Of a DNA stretch of 64,000 nt, positions 1 to 13,066 are shown piece by piece. Each line of letters opens with the position of its first letter. Within the stretch, counting starts at the first letter, position 1. The DNA lies in NCBI GenBank assembly GCA_964016885.1, contig OZ024750.1:31310001-31374000 (forward strand). Direction: 5' to 3'. Source of the DNA: Eledone cirrhosa. Lineage: Eukaryota. Under the pieces are notes generated by a model. The model worked only from the letters and a program-made list of their open reading frames with translations, searched no databases and had not been told where the DNA came from. Both the position numbers and the translations under genes were made by a program.

Positions 1-923
1 ACCATATTTGGTAGTTTATTGTGTATTGATGATAGCAGCTTCTTACCACGTCTTTCTTAACATTACCATATTTGTTAGTTTATTATGTATTGATGATAGC
101 AGCTTCTTACCACGTCTTTCTTAACATTACCATATTTGGTAGTTTATTGTGTATTGATGATAACAGCTTCTTAGCACGTCTTTCTTAACATTACCATATT
201 TGGTAGGTTATTGTGTATTGATGATAACAGCTTCTTACCACGTCTTTCTTAACATTACCATATTTGGTAGTTTATTGTGTATTGATGATAGCAGCTTCTT
301 ACCACGTCTTTCTTAACATTACCATATTTGGTAGTTTATTGTGTATTGATGATAACAGCTTCTTACCACGTCTTTCTTAACATTACCATATTTGGTAGTT
401 TATTGTGTATTGATGATAACAGCTTCTTACCACGTCTTTCTTAACATTACCATATAAGGTAGTTTATTGTGTATTGATGATAACAGCTTCTTACCACGTC
501 TTTCTTAACATTACCATATTTGGTAGTTTATTGTGTATTGATGATAACAGCTTCTTACCACATCTTTCTTAACATTACCATATTTGGTAGTTTATTGTGT
601 ATTGATGATAACAGCTTCTTACCACGTCTTTCTTAACATTACCATATTTGGTAGTTTATTGTGTATTGGTGATAGCAGCTTCTTACCACGTCTTTCTTAA
701 CATTACCATATTTGGTAGTTTATTGTGTATTGATGATAACAGCTTCTTACCACGTCTTTCTTAACATTACCATATAAGGTAGTTTATTGTGTATTGATGA
801 TAGCAGCTTCTTACCACGTCTTTCTTAACATTACCATATTTGGTAGTTTATCATGTATTGATGACAGCAGCTTCTTACCACGTTTGTCTTAACATTACCA
901 TATTTGGTAGTTTATTGTGTATT
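1..923. repeat. Tandem satellite, ~64-bp unit, ~14 copies (runs off the window start)
   Basis: Unit accatatttggtagtttattgtgtattgatgatarcagcttcttaccacgtctttcttaacatt recurs at ~1, 65, 128, 193, 257, 321, 385... Confidence 0.97.
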
Positions 924-1001
924 ATATTAGAATTTCTGATAGTTGTTGGATTCTATATTTTGTTTCTTGTAAATAGAATATTTTCTCTTTGCATGGTTAA
1001 G

Positions 1002-1225
1002 CGGTCGTGCCCTTGGCAGTTGAGACTTCTGGTGTCCTTGGCCCTAGGGGTACCCCCCTATTCACCACCATATGTGCTGAGCTGGCCAGCCGCAGGTGTG
1101 AGCCTCGCGAGTTGGAATAGCTCTTCTAGCGCATCTCCCTTACTATCCTCCGGGGAAACGCCTTCTCCATTCTGCCCGCCGGAGTTGTGAGGAGGCCAGC
1201 ACGTAGGACCCCATTTGCTCACCAT
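1002..1225 (+). mobile_element. 3' fragment of CRE-like non-LTR retrotransposon (restriction-like endonuclease C-terminus), pseudogenised
   Basis: Manual translation VVPLAVETSGVLGPRG...ELASRRCEPRELE*LF*RISLTILRGNAFSIL; homologous to 17150-17580 and 12965-13066. Confidence 0.75.
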
Positions 1226-1439
1226 ACGGATTAAGACATATAACCCCACTTTTTCTTTTATTTACTCTTTTACGATCTCATTTCTAGGTCTATTGTTACT
1301 CTGTCTGTCTTCTCTTTGAACAATCTACTTATTTGTTTGATCTTTGAGTATTTGGTTGATCGCGCAAGGCATCAGTTCGAGTTCTGATGTCTACACTATT
1401 ATTTGTGACTTACAGGTCTAATGAGCTTCAGCATTCGGC

Positions 1440-1855
1440 CATCAAAGGAAGAAAGGTCGTTGATGTAAAAGCCAAATTCGCCTTCTTTAATTCGGTATTC
1501 GCTCCCGCTATTACCTATAGTCATGAATGTTGGGTAATGCTTGGAAGAATACTATCGTGAATACAAACTGTTGAAATGGAGGTTCCTTCATAGGGTCTTT
1601 GGAATGTCGTTACTCTACAGTGTGTGTAGTTCGGAGATCAAGGAATCGCTCTAATTAGATCCGCTACATCTCCGAATTGAGATATCACAGCTCCAATACT
1701 ACAGGCATGAGGTCAGAATGTCTCAGGAAAGAATCACCGAAAAGATTTCACAGGAGAACCCAATCAGCAGGAGACCCAATGGTAGACCCAGAGCAAGATG
1801 GTTAGAGAAAATCCTTGAGTTCGGGGATCTAGCCAGAACAATTGCTTCTGTAACA
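1440..1855 (+). mobile_element. RTE-clade LINE 3' fragment (degenerate ORF2 C-terminus)
   Basis: Translates ITYSHECW...LRIEISQLQYYRHEVRMSQERI...RRPNGRPRARW, the typical RTE GH..RM / R..GRP..RW motifs; similar to 27640-28010. Confidence 0.75.
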
Positions 1856-1932
1856 TGAAAAAAAAATTTCTTGAGTAAAACACTTCCCTTCACGTTGCTT
1901 CAGTATATTCAGCTGAAAATTAGTACCACCAT

Positions 1933-2260
1933 TATCGACCCCGTAAGGATGAAAGGCAAAGTTCACCTTGGTTGGATTTGAACTCAAATCGTAAAGGCTC
2001 GTAATTCAATGCTGCAAAGCATGGCGTCCAGCTCTCTACCGATTCTGCCCACCCACTGCCCTCCATTAGTTAAAATATAATTGTTTCTACTTTTGGTACA
2101 AGGCCAGCAATTATCCCGGTGTATTACTGTTACTTTATTTTATCGACCCCGTAAGGATGAAAGGCAAAGTTAACCTCGGTGGGATTTGAACTCAGTCCGT
2201 AAAGGGACGCAACTGTGCTGCAAAGCATGGCGTCCGACCCTCTACCGATACTGCCAATCC
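1933..2260 (-). mobile_element. Two tRNA-derived SINE copies, family A (1933-2060 partial; 2078-2260 with TSD)
   Basis: Minus strand: A-box-like TGGCAGTATCGG, B-box GAGTTCAAATCC, core gcctttcatccttacggggtcgataaaataaagtaccag, ATTA tail; TSD agttraaatataat. Confidence 0.9.
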
Positions 2261-2309
2261 AGTTGAAATATAATGTTTTATGTTTATGATTATCTTACCT
2301 ATATAACCA

Positions 2310-2920
2310 TCATCATCGTCGATGCAACTCTAGACGTTTTTGCAGTTAGATGTTGTCACTGGTTTCCATTCTCCGTCATACGTAGACGAGTTGTGGTGTT
2401 GTGACTTGCCCAATGCTTGATGTTGATGAACTAGGATTTTCTTCGCCCTCCCTCAGCCATGCATTGAAAGATGGTTATAATAGGGAGATGTTGCGATATA
2501 TGTGACCGCACCAGGTGAGCTTGCATCTTTTCACCATTGAAAGGAGTGATTCTTGTCTGTCAGCATATTTTTTGACTTGTTGCCCGAAAAAGCTGCCTGG
2601 AATTTTCGTGTCATGTCAGCTGTAAGGGATCAGCTCTCATACCCTTACAAAATGAACTGTACAAGTGACAAGGGACTTGTACAGCTTGGGCTTCGTTGGA
2701 AAACCAAGGGCGTTGCTTTTCCATATGATGTTAACTTCTGACATGGCAGAAAAGGCCAGACTGAGTCTTGTCATTATCTCGTTTAGGGATCTGCCGTCCT
2801 TGGTCAGAATGAATCCTAGGTACTTCAAGGTGCTCATATCTTCCTGTATTTCTCCGTTCAGCATAGTGTTGGTTGCAATATTCTTGTTAAGATTATTAAC
2901 CAGCATGTGGCTCTTTTCCG
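2310..2920 (-). mobile_element. RTE-clade LINE 3' fragment (RT thumb to C-terminus)
   Basis: ORF 2637-2906: LKYLGFILTKDGRSLNEIMTRLSLAFSAMSEVNIIWKS...KLYKSLV; ends in a (GAT)n-like tail near 2310. Confidence 0.85.
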
Positions 2921-3007
2921 AGCCCCAAGGTATATGAAAATTGAGGCCCTTCGCTAAAAACGTCGGCTAATAAAATTTAAAGGAACTGTACATGATTATT
3001 ATTACAT

Positions 3008-3188
3008 TAATTGTTTCTACTTTTGGCACAAGGTCATCAATTGCCCAGTACATTACTGGTACTTTATTTTATCGACCCCGTAAGGATGAAAGGCAAAGTT
3101 AATCTCGGCAGGATTTGAACTCAGATCAGAAAGGGGCGTAACTCTGTACTACAAAACATGTTGTCCGACCCTCTACCGATACTGCCAA
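3008..3188 (-). mobile_element. tRNA-derived SINE, family A
   Basis: Near full-length match to the family A sequence seen throughout the window. Confidence 0.9.
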
Positions 3189-3497
3189 ATTAATGTTAAT
3201 CATAAAGGATGAACACACCCACACACACAAACATACACATATGCACATGCACACACACACAAGCACACACACACGTATAATTTTTTATATAATATTAAAG
3301 AATAAAAACTAAGGATAAAATAAAAATATATTTTTCGAAAAATGAGGCCCTCGAGGTGTGCGGCCCGAAGCTCTCGATTATTTAGCTTATAGGTAAGTCC
3401 AACACTGTTCGTATACACAGATACACACACACACACACACACATATATATGTATATATGTATATAGAATATTTTCAAAATTAAATATATTATTAAAG

Positions 3498-3875
3498 TAA
3501 TTGTTTCTACTTTAGGCACAAGGCCAGCAATTACCCAGTGCATTACTGGTACTTTATTTTATCGATCCCGTACGGATGAAAGGCAAAGTCAACCTCGGCG
3601 GGATTTGAACTCAGATCGTAAAGAGACGTAACTATGCTGGAAAGCATGGCGTCCGACCCTCTACCGATACTGCTAATCCACCGCTTTTAATAATTGTTTC
3701 TACTTTTGGCACAAGGCCAGCAATTACCCAGTACATTACTGGTACTTTATTTTATCGATCCCGTAAGGATGAAAGGCAAAGTCAACCTCGGCGGGATTTG
3801 AACTCAGATCGTAAAGAGACGTAACTATGCTGGAAAGCATGGCGTCCGACCCTCTACCGATACTGCCAATCCACC
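3498..3875 (-). mobile_element. Tandem dimer of family A SINE inside one TSD
   Basis: Near-identical copies 3498-3684 and 3692-3875, flanked by attattaaagtaat on both sides. Confidence 0.9.
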
Positions 3876-4000
3876 ATGGTATCACATTATTAAAGTAATG
3901 TGATACGATAACGGCTATAGCCATTGTCTACAGCTATATTTAGATATGTTCATATAGCAATGTTCACAGTTGTTTACATGTGTCTCTATAGAAATATCTT

Positions 4001-4024
4001 AGGATAGAAGTAGTTCTACCATAC

Positions 4025-4065
<41 letters not shown>

Positions 4066-4114
4066 TGTGTGTCTGTGTGTAAAGGTTGTAGGATAGACGT
4101 AGTTCTACCAAGAT

Positions 4115-4150
<36 letters not shown>

Positions 4151-4326
4151 GCGTGTGCGTGTGTGTGTGTGTGTGTGTAAAGGTTGTAGGATAGAAGTAG
4201 TTCTACCAAGATACGTGTGTGTGTGTGTGTAAAGGTTGTAGGATAGAAGTAGTTCTACCAAGATACGAGTGTGTGTGTGTGTGTGTGTGTGTAAAGGTTG
4301 TAGGATAGACGTAGTTCTACCAAGAT

Positions 4327-4365
<39 letters not shown>

Positions 4366-4410
4366 TGTGTGTGTGTAAAGGTTGTAGGATAGAAGTAGTT
4401 CTACCAAGAT

Positions 4411-4445
<35 letters not shown>

Positions 4446-4476
4446 GGTTGTAGGATAGACGTAGTTCTACCAAGAT

Positions 4477-4512
<36 letters not shown>

Positions 4513-4668
4513 GTGTGTGTAAAGGTTGTAGGATAGAAGTAGTTCTACCAAGATACGAGTGTGTGTGTGTATGTAAAGGTAGTAGGATAGAAGTAGTTCT
4601 ACCAAGATACGTGTGTGTGTGTGTGTGTGTGTAAAGGTTGTAGGATAGAAGTAGTTCTACCAAGATAC

Positions 4669-4729
<61 letters not shown>

Positions 4730-4932
4730 GGTTGCAGGATAGAAGTAGTTCTACCAAGATACGTGTGTGTGTGTGTAAAGGTTTTAGGATAGAAGTAGTT
4801 CTACCAAGATACGAGTGTGTGTGTGTGTGTGTGTGTGTATGTAAAGGTTGTAGGATAGAAGTAGTTCTACCAAGATACGAGCGTGTGTGTGTGTGTAATG
4901 GTTGTAGGATAGAAGTAGTTCTACCAAGATAC

Positions 4933-4981
<49 letters not shown>

Positions 4982-5014
4982 GGTTGTAGGATAGAAGTAG
5001 TTCTACCAAGATAC

Positions 5015-5057
<43 letters not shown>

Positions 5058-5361
5058 GGTTGTAGGATAGAAGTAGTTCTACCAAGATACGTGTGTGTGT
5101 GTGTGTGTAAAGGTTGTAGGATAGAAGTAGTTCTACCAAGATACGTGTGTGTGTGTGTGTAAAGGTTGTAGGATAGAAGTAGTTCTACCAATATACGTGT
5201 GTGTGTGTGTAAAGGTTGTAGGATAGAAGTAGTTCTACCAAGATACGTGTGTGTGTATGTGTGTGTAAAGGTTGTAGGATAGAAGTAGTTCTACCAAGAT
5301 ACGTGTGTGTGTGTATGTGTGTGTAAAGGTTGTAGGATAGAAGTAGTTCTACCAAGATACC
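4001..5361. repeat. Compound minisatellite: constant 36-bp unit separated by variable-length (GT)n, ~21 copies
   Basis: aaaggttgtaggatagaagtagttctaccaagatac followed by (GT)n, repeated. Confidence 0.95.
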
Positions 5362-5615
5362 CGTGTGTTAACATAAAAACAGGTAGAATTCCTATAACTA
5401 ATCAGATCAGAGCAAACATCACGACGCTCTATCTCAAAATTATTTTTGAAAAGCATTTAGAAATGCGCAACCGGTAAAACTTAAAACCAAAACCAATACA
5501 ATTACTAATTCTCATTTATTCCTAATTAAACTATTTTTCACTGTGAACATTTTGTAAGCATTTTCTATTCCGTTTACCAATATATAATAACTTGTGTGTT
5601 ACACCTCTATTCTTT

Positions 5616-5654
<39 letters not shown>

Positions 5655-5732
5655 AGAAGTTCTATTTGGGATACAACAAGCAAATATTTTTATAACTGAT
5701 ATAAAGCACTCAACAAATAATTGGAGTAAAAA

Positions 5733-6022
5733 TACGATATTAACAAATGGAAACTATATTTATAAAACCATATTTATTTCATTATTCATATTTCAAGGAT
5801 ACCAAGTTAAATTATGGTGTGCTTTCATCAGATATACTATCCGGGAGCTTCCAACAGTAATGGTTGCATTCTTTAAGGGTATGTCAATATTTATTTATAA
5901 AACTGATCTATATTATATTTTATCTGATGAAAGCACACCATAATTTAACTTGGTGTCCTTGAAATATGTATAATGAAATAAATATGGTTTTATAAATATA
6001 GTTTCCATTTGTTAATATCGTA
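5733..6022. mobile_element. Fold-back cassette (~102-bp arms) between (TA)n tracts, HHR-like core in each arm
   Basis: Arms 5733-5834 / 5921-6022; plus arm CTGATGA-aagcacacca(taatttaact)tggtgtcctt-GAAA-tatg-TA then aataaa; stem I poorly paired. Confidence 0.7.
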
Positions 6023-6873
6023 TATATATATATAAGGCAAATTGGCAGAAGGGTTAGAACGTCTTTACAACAGCGTGGTTTGAACGATGCTTTACAACAA
6101 CAACAACGACGACGAAAACAACAACAACGACAATAACAGCAAAACAGGTAGCTCCCTTTATTGCTGTGGCAGTTATTATCGTTGTTATTGTACGGCCTAT
6201 GTACACGACGTTGGTCTGTGTTTTTGCTGTTGCTGTTTTTGTTGTAACTGTTTACTGTAGCTGTTGCTATCGTTGTTGTTGTTGTTGTCAGAAGGGTAGG
6301 AATATCACTACGACTCATGCGGCCAGTGTGGACGACGTTTGGTCGGTGTTTTGCTGTTATTGTCGTTGTTGTTGTTGTAGTTGTTGTCTTAAGGTGACTG
6401 TCAGCAAAATATATACCCTAATCTCCCCCAGAGCTCCTTTTATTGCTTCCATTGTCTACTGGGCTTTGGCTACACACAGTGTTTTTAGTTTTTTCGTTGA
6501 TAGCACTTTACTGTAGCAAACACAACGGCTGGGAGACCCTTTAAGGAACTCATATGTCTGCTGGGCACACAAGCAATAGGACGTGTTTTTTCCTGCAGGC
6601 GGCATATCAAACATATCAGATATCATCTGAGGATACCGTTCTCATAGCAACAAATGCATGATGGGTATCTCGATTGCATGGAGAACCGTGGAAATAATTA
6701 TAATGATTAAATGATTTATGTAACACCAGCATCTTATTTTGTTCTTTTTATAAAAATCCCCATCGTAACTAAAAACTACGATTGTTGAGAGCTTTCTCCT
6801 GCTTACAATCTCTTCATATATATATGATAAAGAACGAGGAATCAGTAATGCATCAAACCACAATTTATTAACG

Positions 6874-6959
6874 TATTACATATGTTTCTCCGTCGATCAG
6901 CTCGAGGCAGAATCTATTACAGATCGAACTCGACTCTGCATTCGAAGGTTCTTCAGATA
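6874..6959 (-). ncRNA. Hammerhead-ribozyme-like motif (type I, palindromic stem III, long stem II)
   Basis: Minus strand: tat-CTGAAGA-accttcga...tcgacgga-GAAA-CATATG-TA-ata, followed by aataaa; related copy at 16637-16750. Confidence 0.55.
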
Positions 6960-7768
6960 TCTCTTGTGTGTTCAAACATCCCGGCTTTTCTATTCCTAGC
7001 ACATAATAGCATCCTCATTCTTTATACTAGTATACTCTGCTCTGCACAAATATCGAGTGCTCAACCGGCATACCGCCTACGGACGCATTTACCTGCAACC
7101 CTATAGCAACTATATATATGTATATATATATATAAATATTCTACCCCTAATGTCAGTGTTTCGTAAGTAGTTTGTTGGTACATTTAGATTATTTTCTATG
7201 AATTTCGAAAAAGGTATCATGGAAAGATGACAAAAATATGTACTGTCACGTAACTATTTGTATAAACTCGTTTAGTTTAATTGGTTTATTCTATTCATTA
7301 TAAATATATGGGAAATATTCGTATTTAATATGTGTAAAAAAGGCGAGATATGAAGGTGTATTCTTTGTAAAACGAGAGATTTCCAAATTAGTTTTCATAT
7401 CTATATTTGTTTTACTATCTAGAAAATATTCCAGAAAAAAAATCATTTACAAGTATGTCTGTGCAATTAAATGAAGGTTAGCTAAGAGGCGAATACAAAA
7501 AAAAAGACAGCTCTTAAATTAATCTCATTATAGTCGATCATTTCTTTCTGTCCTCATGATTATAAATATTTATCACGACTCTCCTATAAATTTTTAACAA
7601 TCAGTATAAAGTCATACAACCACCATGTTTGATACATCCCTTGAGAAATATAACTTTGTGTTTCTTCCATTGATTCTCACATCGAGATCTTTTAAAGTGA
7701 TTTTTAGTAAAGATATTAGACACATACATCACATACGTGCATACGCCCACAAATACACACACACACAC

Positions 7769-7853
<85 letters not shown>

Positions 7854-8625
7854 TTTGAAGAAAAAAAGAAAGAAAATAGTTCACATGGAATAGGGAAAAA
7901 AGTTTAGGGAATTATCTAACATCAAAGTAAAATACAATCAAAATATTTCTTTACATTTTCTTACACACCGATATTATCATTTGAATGTATTTAATAAAAT
8001 ATTTCTTTACTATATTTTTACTATGTGATTGTACAGTCATTACTAAAATTGTAAATATATACTACATAGACATATAGATATTTTATCAACTCCACCAAAA
8101 TAGAAAATACCATATAGGTATTGTAAGAAAGTCGAAATGAGATAATATGTCACATATTATACATTAGCAAAAATGGAAGAAAAGAAAATATAGCAAAGAA
8201 CGCAAGGACTTAGTTTCTTTCATATTTATCTGTATAAATCTCCTGCTTTTTATGTGTACATCGTGACGAAAAATACCAATGAAGTTTGCATGCTTTTGTG
8301 GAGTTCTCTTCCGAAATAGATGTGAAAGCTATCTAATACACTAAATAAGTGATCTATATTTTTTTAATTTTGTCCTGAAATTATATTTCTCTACTATTTC
8401 TGACGTTGTTCCTCGTAGCCAAAAATACATTGAATTATGCTTTTCCTGATTGGAAATCAATTTCTTTTCCTCTCTTTTTTTAATGCAATGATCTCCATAG
8501 TAAGCATTACAAAGATTATAGTTCTATACAGTTCATAGTATCAATCCATCCCACTCTCGCTTGTCTTCTCTCGTAGCTTCTCCTTCTGACATACACACAT
8601 ATGTGTGATTGTGTTTATGCGCATC

Positions 8626-8680
<55 letters not shown>

Positions 8681-11389
8681 TTTTAATGTGTGTATGTAAT
8701 ATGTGTAAACTAATAAAACTTTTTTTTGCATGTGTCTTGTCTATTCTTGAACTATATATATATATATATATGTGTGTGTGTATATAGTTATAAAGCTATA
8801 TTACTTTAAAATAAAAAAGTACATGTTTCTAATGGTTGTTTGGAAAAGAAAATTCTTAAATATTATATGAATCAATGACATCATAACAATAAATGTCATT
8901 CATAAAACAAGTATAGATTAACCTCCAGGTTTTTGCTATGTTTATTGCTTGCGTTCAAACTTCTCTGGTTGAATCTTCTTTTACTTCTGAAGCCTTTTTT
9001 AATCATTGAATTCCCAGCATAGGTTTTGGTTGTTGTTTTGTTTTATAATCTATGGATTTATTTATTCAGTAGGCAATTTTACCTCATCAATTAGATCGAT
9101 GCCAAAACAGTTGTATGAAGATATACTGAAATGTAAAAATACACAAGTCTCTACTCACTTTTTTTTAAATTTTTTAAATTTTTTTTTTATAAAAGCCGAC
9201 TGAATACGAGAGAATGTTTAGATATAAAAGAAAATTCATGAATAACAATAGAATCAAGTAGGTGAACGTAGAAATCAAGTAGAAAACTTCATACTGATAT
9301 AGAAATGAGCCTAGAGACAGCAGTTTACTGTTAAGATATGAAGATTTCGTTATCAACTTTTAATTCAAAATATTTAGTGTATATATTGAGAGATATTTTT
9401 GGAATAGGTTTAATTCTACGTATATAAAGTCGAGAGAAATATTTAATCTAAAATGGGATTTTTAAAAATGATTTTTAATATATTAATAATTGCAGGTTAC
9501 ATGTCATAATCGTTTGATTCAATATTCTTTAATGTATTCCTTGCATGACTAACTTATAAATTAATCTATGTATCTGGAGATAATTTAAAAAAAATGGTTT
9601 CTTCTCCTGACTTTCTCTTGTGTGTTTCATGTTATTGTGTTCTTTCATTTTCAGGAAGGCGTATCAATCTTTCGTTGGAGTAGACCTTGATAGCTTTGTA
9701 TCCTGCCCGTGCTGGCCATTATTTTATATCCCAGATGCCATTGTTATTAGAAATTAGAATGCTGTCGGTTGTAATGTATAACTGTCCCTTTCATATACCT
9801 CTCCCGAGTTGTTAGTGTCAAATCTAGTAACTCCGTCAATTTCATTGATTGGGTGTTTTTAAGGGATCCCTGTCGAAGCAATAACACAGGTTATTCATGG
9901 AACCTAATGGACTAAATGCATCAAGGTAGATGTTGAGGGAATACATCACTGTCATCTCTCGGAGAGTCCTCTAGATGTCTCTGCACGGTTATGTCATGAA
10001 TACAAAGGCTTTGAAACTAACTATAAAAAGACAAAAATTAAAAACAGATCCCAACACCAACGTAGAATATAGAAATAACGCAATGAGATGGTTGAAAAAA
10101 TCAGCCCATGCTAAGCCTATCTATATATTCAATATATGGTAAGGTAGCAGCTCAACATTGCTATCATATTTCTAATCATTTACAGTCCAATTCATTTTGC
10201 TGTAGCTTTAAAAGAAAATATTATTTTCTACGCCTTACACAATACTTCAAGCAAACTACAACACTCTTCTCATCAAGTGCGAGTTCGAGTGTCTTGGAAT
10301 ATCATTGTAATCAGAGTTGTAGACGCCCCGGTTTCAATCTCACTGTGTGTCATATGGGGCACGAGTCATTTACCATAGCCTCGGGTCGATCCATCACTTG
10401 TCAGGGAAATTGGGTAGAGGGAAATAGCTGGGAAGCCCGTCGGTTGAACTGTAGCTGTAATTCAATGGGCCAGCCTTGTCACACACTCTATTACTCTGAA
10501 TCTCGCTGAGAATAGCGCTAAAGGTTCACCTGACTGTAGAATGCTAAACCATTTAGTCATTAATTTCATGAGCTGACTGCTCTATTTATCGAAAAATGGG
10601 AACACTCGTAGTCGATATCGATGGAGAACCATTCCAATCATAGGCGATGGCTCTCCAGTTAAGTGAAGTTTCAGAGATTTTCGCTGTTCCATTGAACAAG
10701 GCGATAGAAAAGATAGATCCTCCCTTCTATTATTATTAGTTTTGTTTGTTTTCTTGTAAATACGTCTCTTTTAATTTTACATATATTAGATTCTGAAATT
10801 ATTCTTTGAAGTGAAAACATCTACCAACAACGACGACCGCCATGCAACATGGACCAATAAGAGAAAGAAATTACTTACTAATTGGAATAATAATACTCTC
10901 AACAAGGCGTTTGTTAATGAGAAATTTAAGTCATTGAAGATGAAAGTAATGTAAGAGTGCACACAAGGGAAATTGATTTCAGAAACAAATAGTTTTTAGG
11001 AAAATGGCAAATGAAGTGCTAGCGAGAAGAAAAAAAACAAAGACAATCGAACTAATTCTGAATTTAAAAAGAAATTGAGTTTACAAATGTATTCTAGCGT
11101 TTATAAGGGTACACTTTAGTCTTATTAATGCTTATCCAATTTGTAACTTTATTTAATTTCCCAGAAACGTAATTTCAAAAGAATTAATGAAGATAAAATT
11201 TTGGAGCATTTGAAGATCCATATTATGCTGTCAAAATGGTGGCTGTATAACTTTGAATCTTGTCGTTAGATGTTAGCAAATATAGGAAATAATGTCGATT
11301 ATTAACACCTCTCTATGTAATGTTTCTATGTATGTGTGTCTGTATGCATATTAATTATTTCTAAAAAGGTCTAAAGTCTCTTTCGAGAT

Positions 11390-11615
11390 CGGATGTTTAT
11401 TAGACCGGTGCTGATCCTGGTTTCGTAGCATAAAGCGACTGAGAGTAGTACAAGACTCTACTCTGGACAGGACGCCAATCCATCGAAGGGTTAAAGCCCC
11501 AGCTATTGCTGGTACTCATATTCAGTTGAATGAACTGAAGCAACGTGAAATGAACACAACAAACCATCCAGTCCTGGAATCGAATCCAAGACATTATGAT
11601 CGTAAGACCAGTACG
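11390..11615 (-). mobile_element. tRNA-derived SINE, family B (CORE/V-type body), diverged
   Basis: Minus strand gttcgattccagg B box, tttcacgttgcttcagttcattcaactgaatatgagtaccagc body. Confidence 0.6.
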
Positions 11616-12692
11616 GAAAATAAAGAAATAATAATTATTTCTTAATCAGCTACAAGATCTTGCACATACAATACAGTAAACATTAAAAACATAAGGGTCC
11701 GTTGTATGTCTGTCTGGGCAAACAAACTTACTTATTAGAACCATATATGTTCATAGCCATGCTCTGTAATCTCGATAACTATAGCATGATGGAGATGAGA
11801 AATAAATCTTATGAAATCTTGCTTATTTGGTCTAGAATCTCTGCTGCTATTTGTTTTCCATGCGAAGAAGAAGCAACGGGCAACAATGACTTCCTACACA
11901 TAACCACAACTAAACACCTGCATTATATTAACTGTCTCATATTCTATTTTCTTGTTATCCAGTTACATAATGGATAATACTTGGTTAATTAATATCCACA
12001 CCATATGCTGTTATATTATCTGACATTTCTCCATTTATCTGTTTGTGGCCAATATAGAAATATGAACTACGAAATTTAGATGTGAGACACGTAGAGAAAT
12101 TTTATTAGAAAGACCCCCTCAGATTGCGAGGAAGATTCTTGAAATATACAAGAAAAGAAAAGGCAGAGGGGACAATAATGATTAAAAAACAACAAAAAAA
12201 CAATAATGATCCATGATAAAAAAAAAAACCAACAAAATACAGTGTTTCATGATAAAAAAACCCAACAAAACCGTTTCATGATAAAACCCACTGACAAATC
12301 AATCCTTCATGATAAAAACCCCCAACAATAAAACAATAATGATCCATGATAAAACCCTCCAACAAAAAGCAATAATTCATTCTAACATTGGCACAAAGGC
12401 CAAAGATTTATGGTAAAGATTTATGGTTGATTATAGCGACCTCAATACATAACCGGTACTATATTTTATCGTCCCCGGAATGATGGAATGCAAAGTTTAC
12501 CTCGGTGGGATTTGAAAGCACAATGTAAAGTGTCATAATTAAATGTCGAAAAGGATCTTGTCCGATACTCTAACGACTCTGTCAAAATAAATATTTCTTT
12601 TATAGGCTACAAAGTGCCAAAATGATCTCATCGAATATTAGTTATATGTGGTATGGTAAATAAATATATACATTTATATTGCGTTTAAACAT

Positions 12693-12881
12693 AATTGTTT
12701 CTACGTTAGGCACAAGGCCAGCAATTACCCAGTGTATTACTGGTACTTTATTTTATCGACCCCGTAAGGATGAAAGGCAAAGTTAACCTCGGCGGGATTT
12801 GAACTCAGAATGGCAAGGGCCGTATCTCTATGCGCCAAATCATGGCATCCGACACTCTACCAATACTGCCAATCCACCGCC
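12693..12881 (-). mobile_element. tRNA-derived SINE, family A, with TSD
   Basis: Full copy; TSD attgcgtttaaacataat on both sides. Confidence 0.92.
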
Positions 12882-12964
12882 AATCCATTGCGTTTAAACA
12901 TAATGGAATTAAATTTCCATTGTCACTGCCTCCGTCTCTCTCGCTCCCCCCATCTCTTACTATT

Positions 12965-13066
12965 ATAAGCAAATGGGGGCCCACGTGCTGGCCGCCCCGC
13001 GGTACCGGAGGACAAAATAGAGAAGGCGTTTTCCCCGAGGATGGTGAAGGAGATGCATTGGAAGAG
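12965..13066 (-). mobile_element. CRE-like retrotransposon extreme 3' fragment
   Basis: Homologous to 1120-1225 and 17150-17235 (ORF-track motif WGPTCWPP..GGQN.EGV.PEDG.GDALE on the antisense strand). Confidence 0.65.

Noticed and set aside
1-923. Hammerhead in the 64-bp satellite
   Set aside because: TTGATGA is present but there is no GAAA on the same strand and no stems
4016-5191. HT/CV-repeat ORFs as proteins
   Set aside because: Translations of the minisatellite
4001-5361. CRISPR array
   Set aside because: Spacers are only (GT)n, there are no cas genes, and the context is eukaryotic
8810-8835. GAAACATGTA half-motif on the minus strand near a TA tract
   Set aside because: Too short, with no core or stems; chance match plausible
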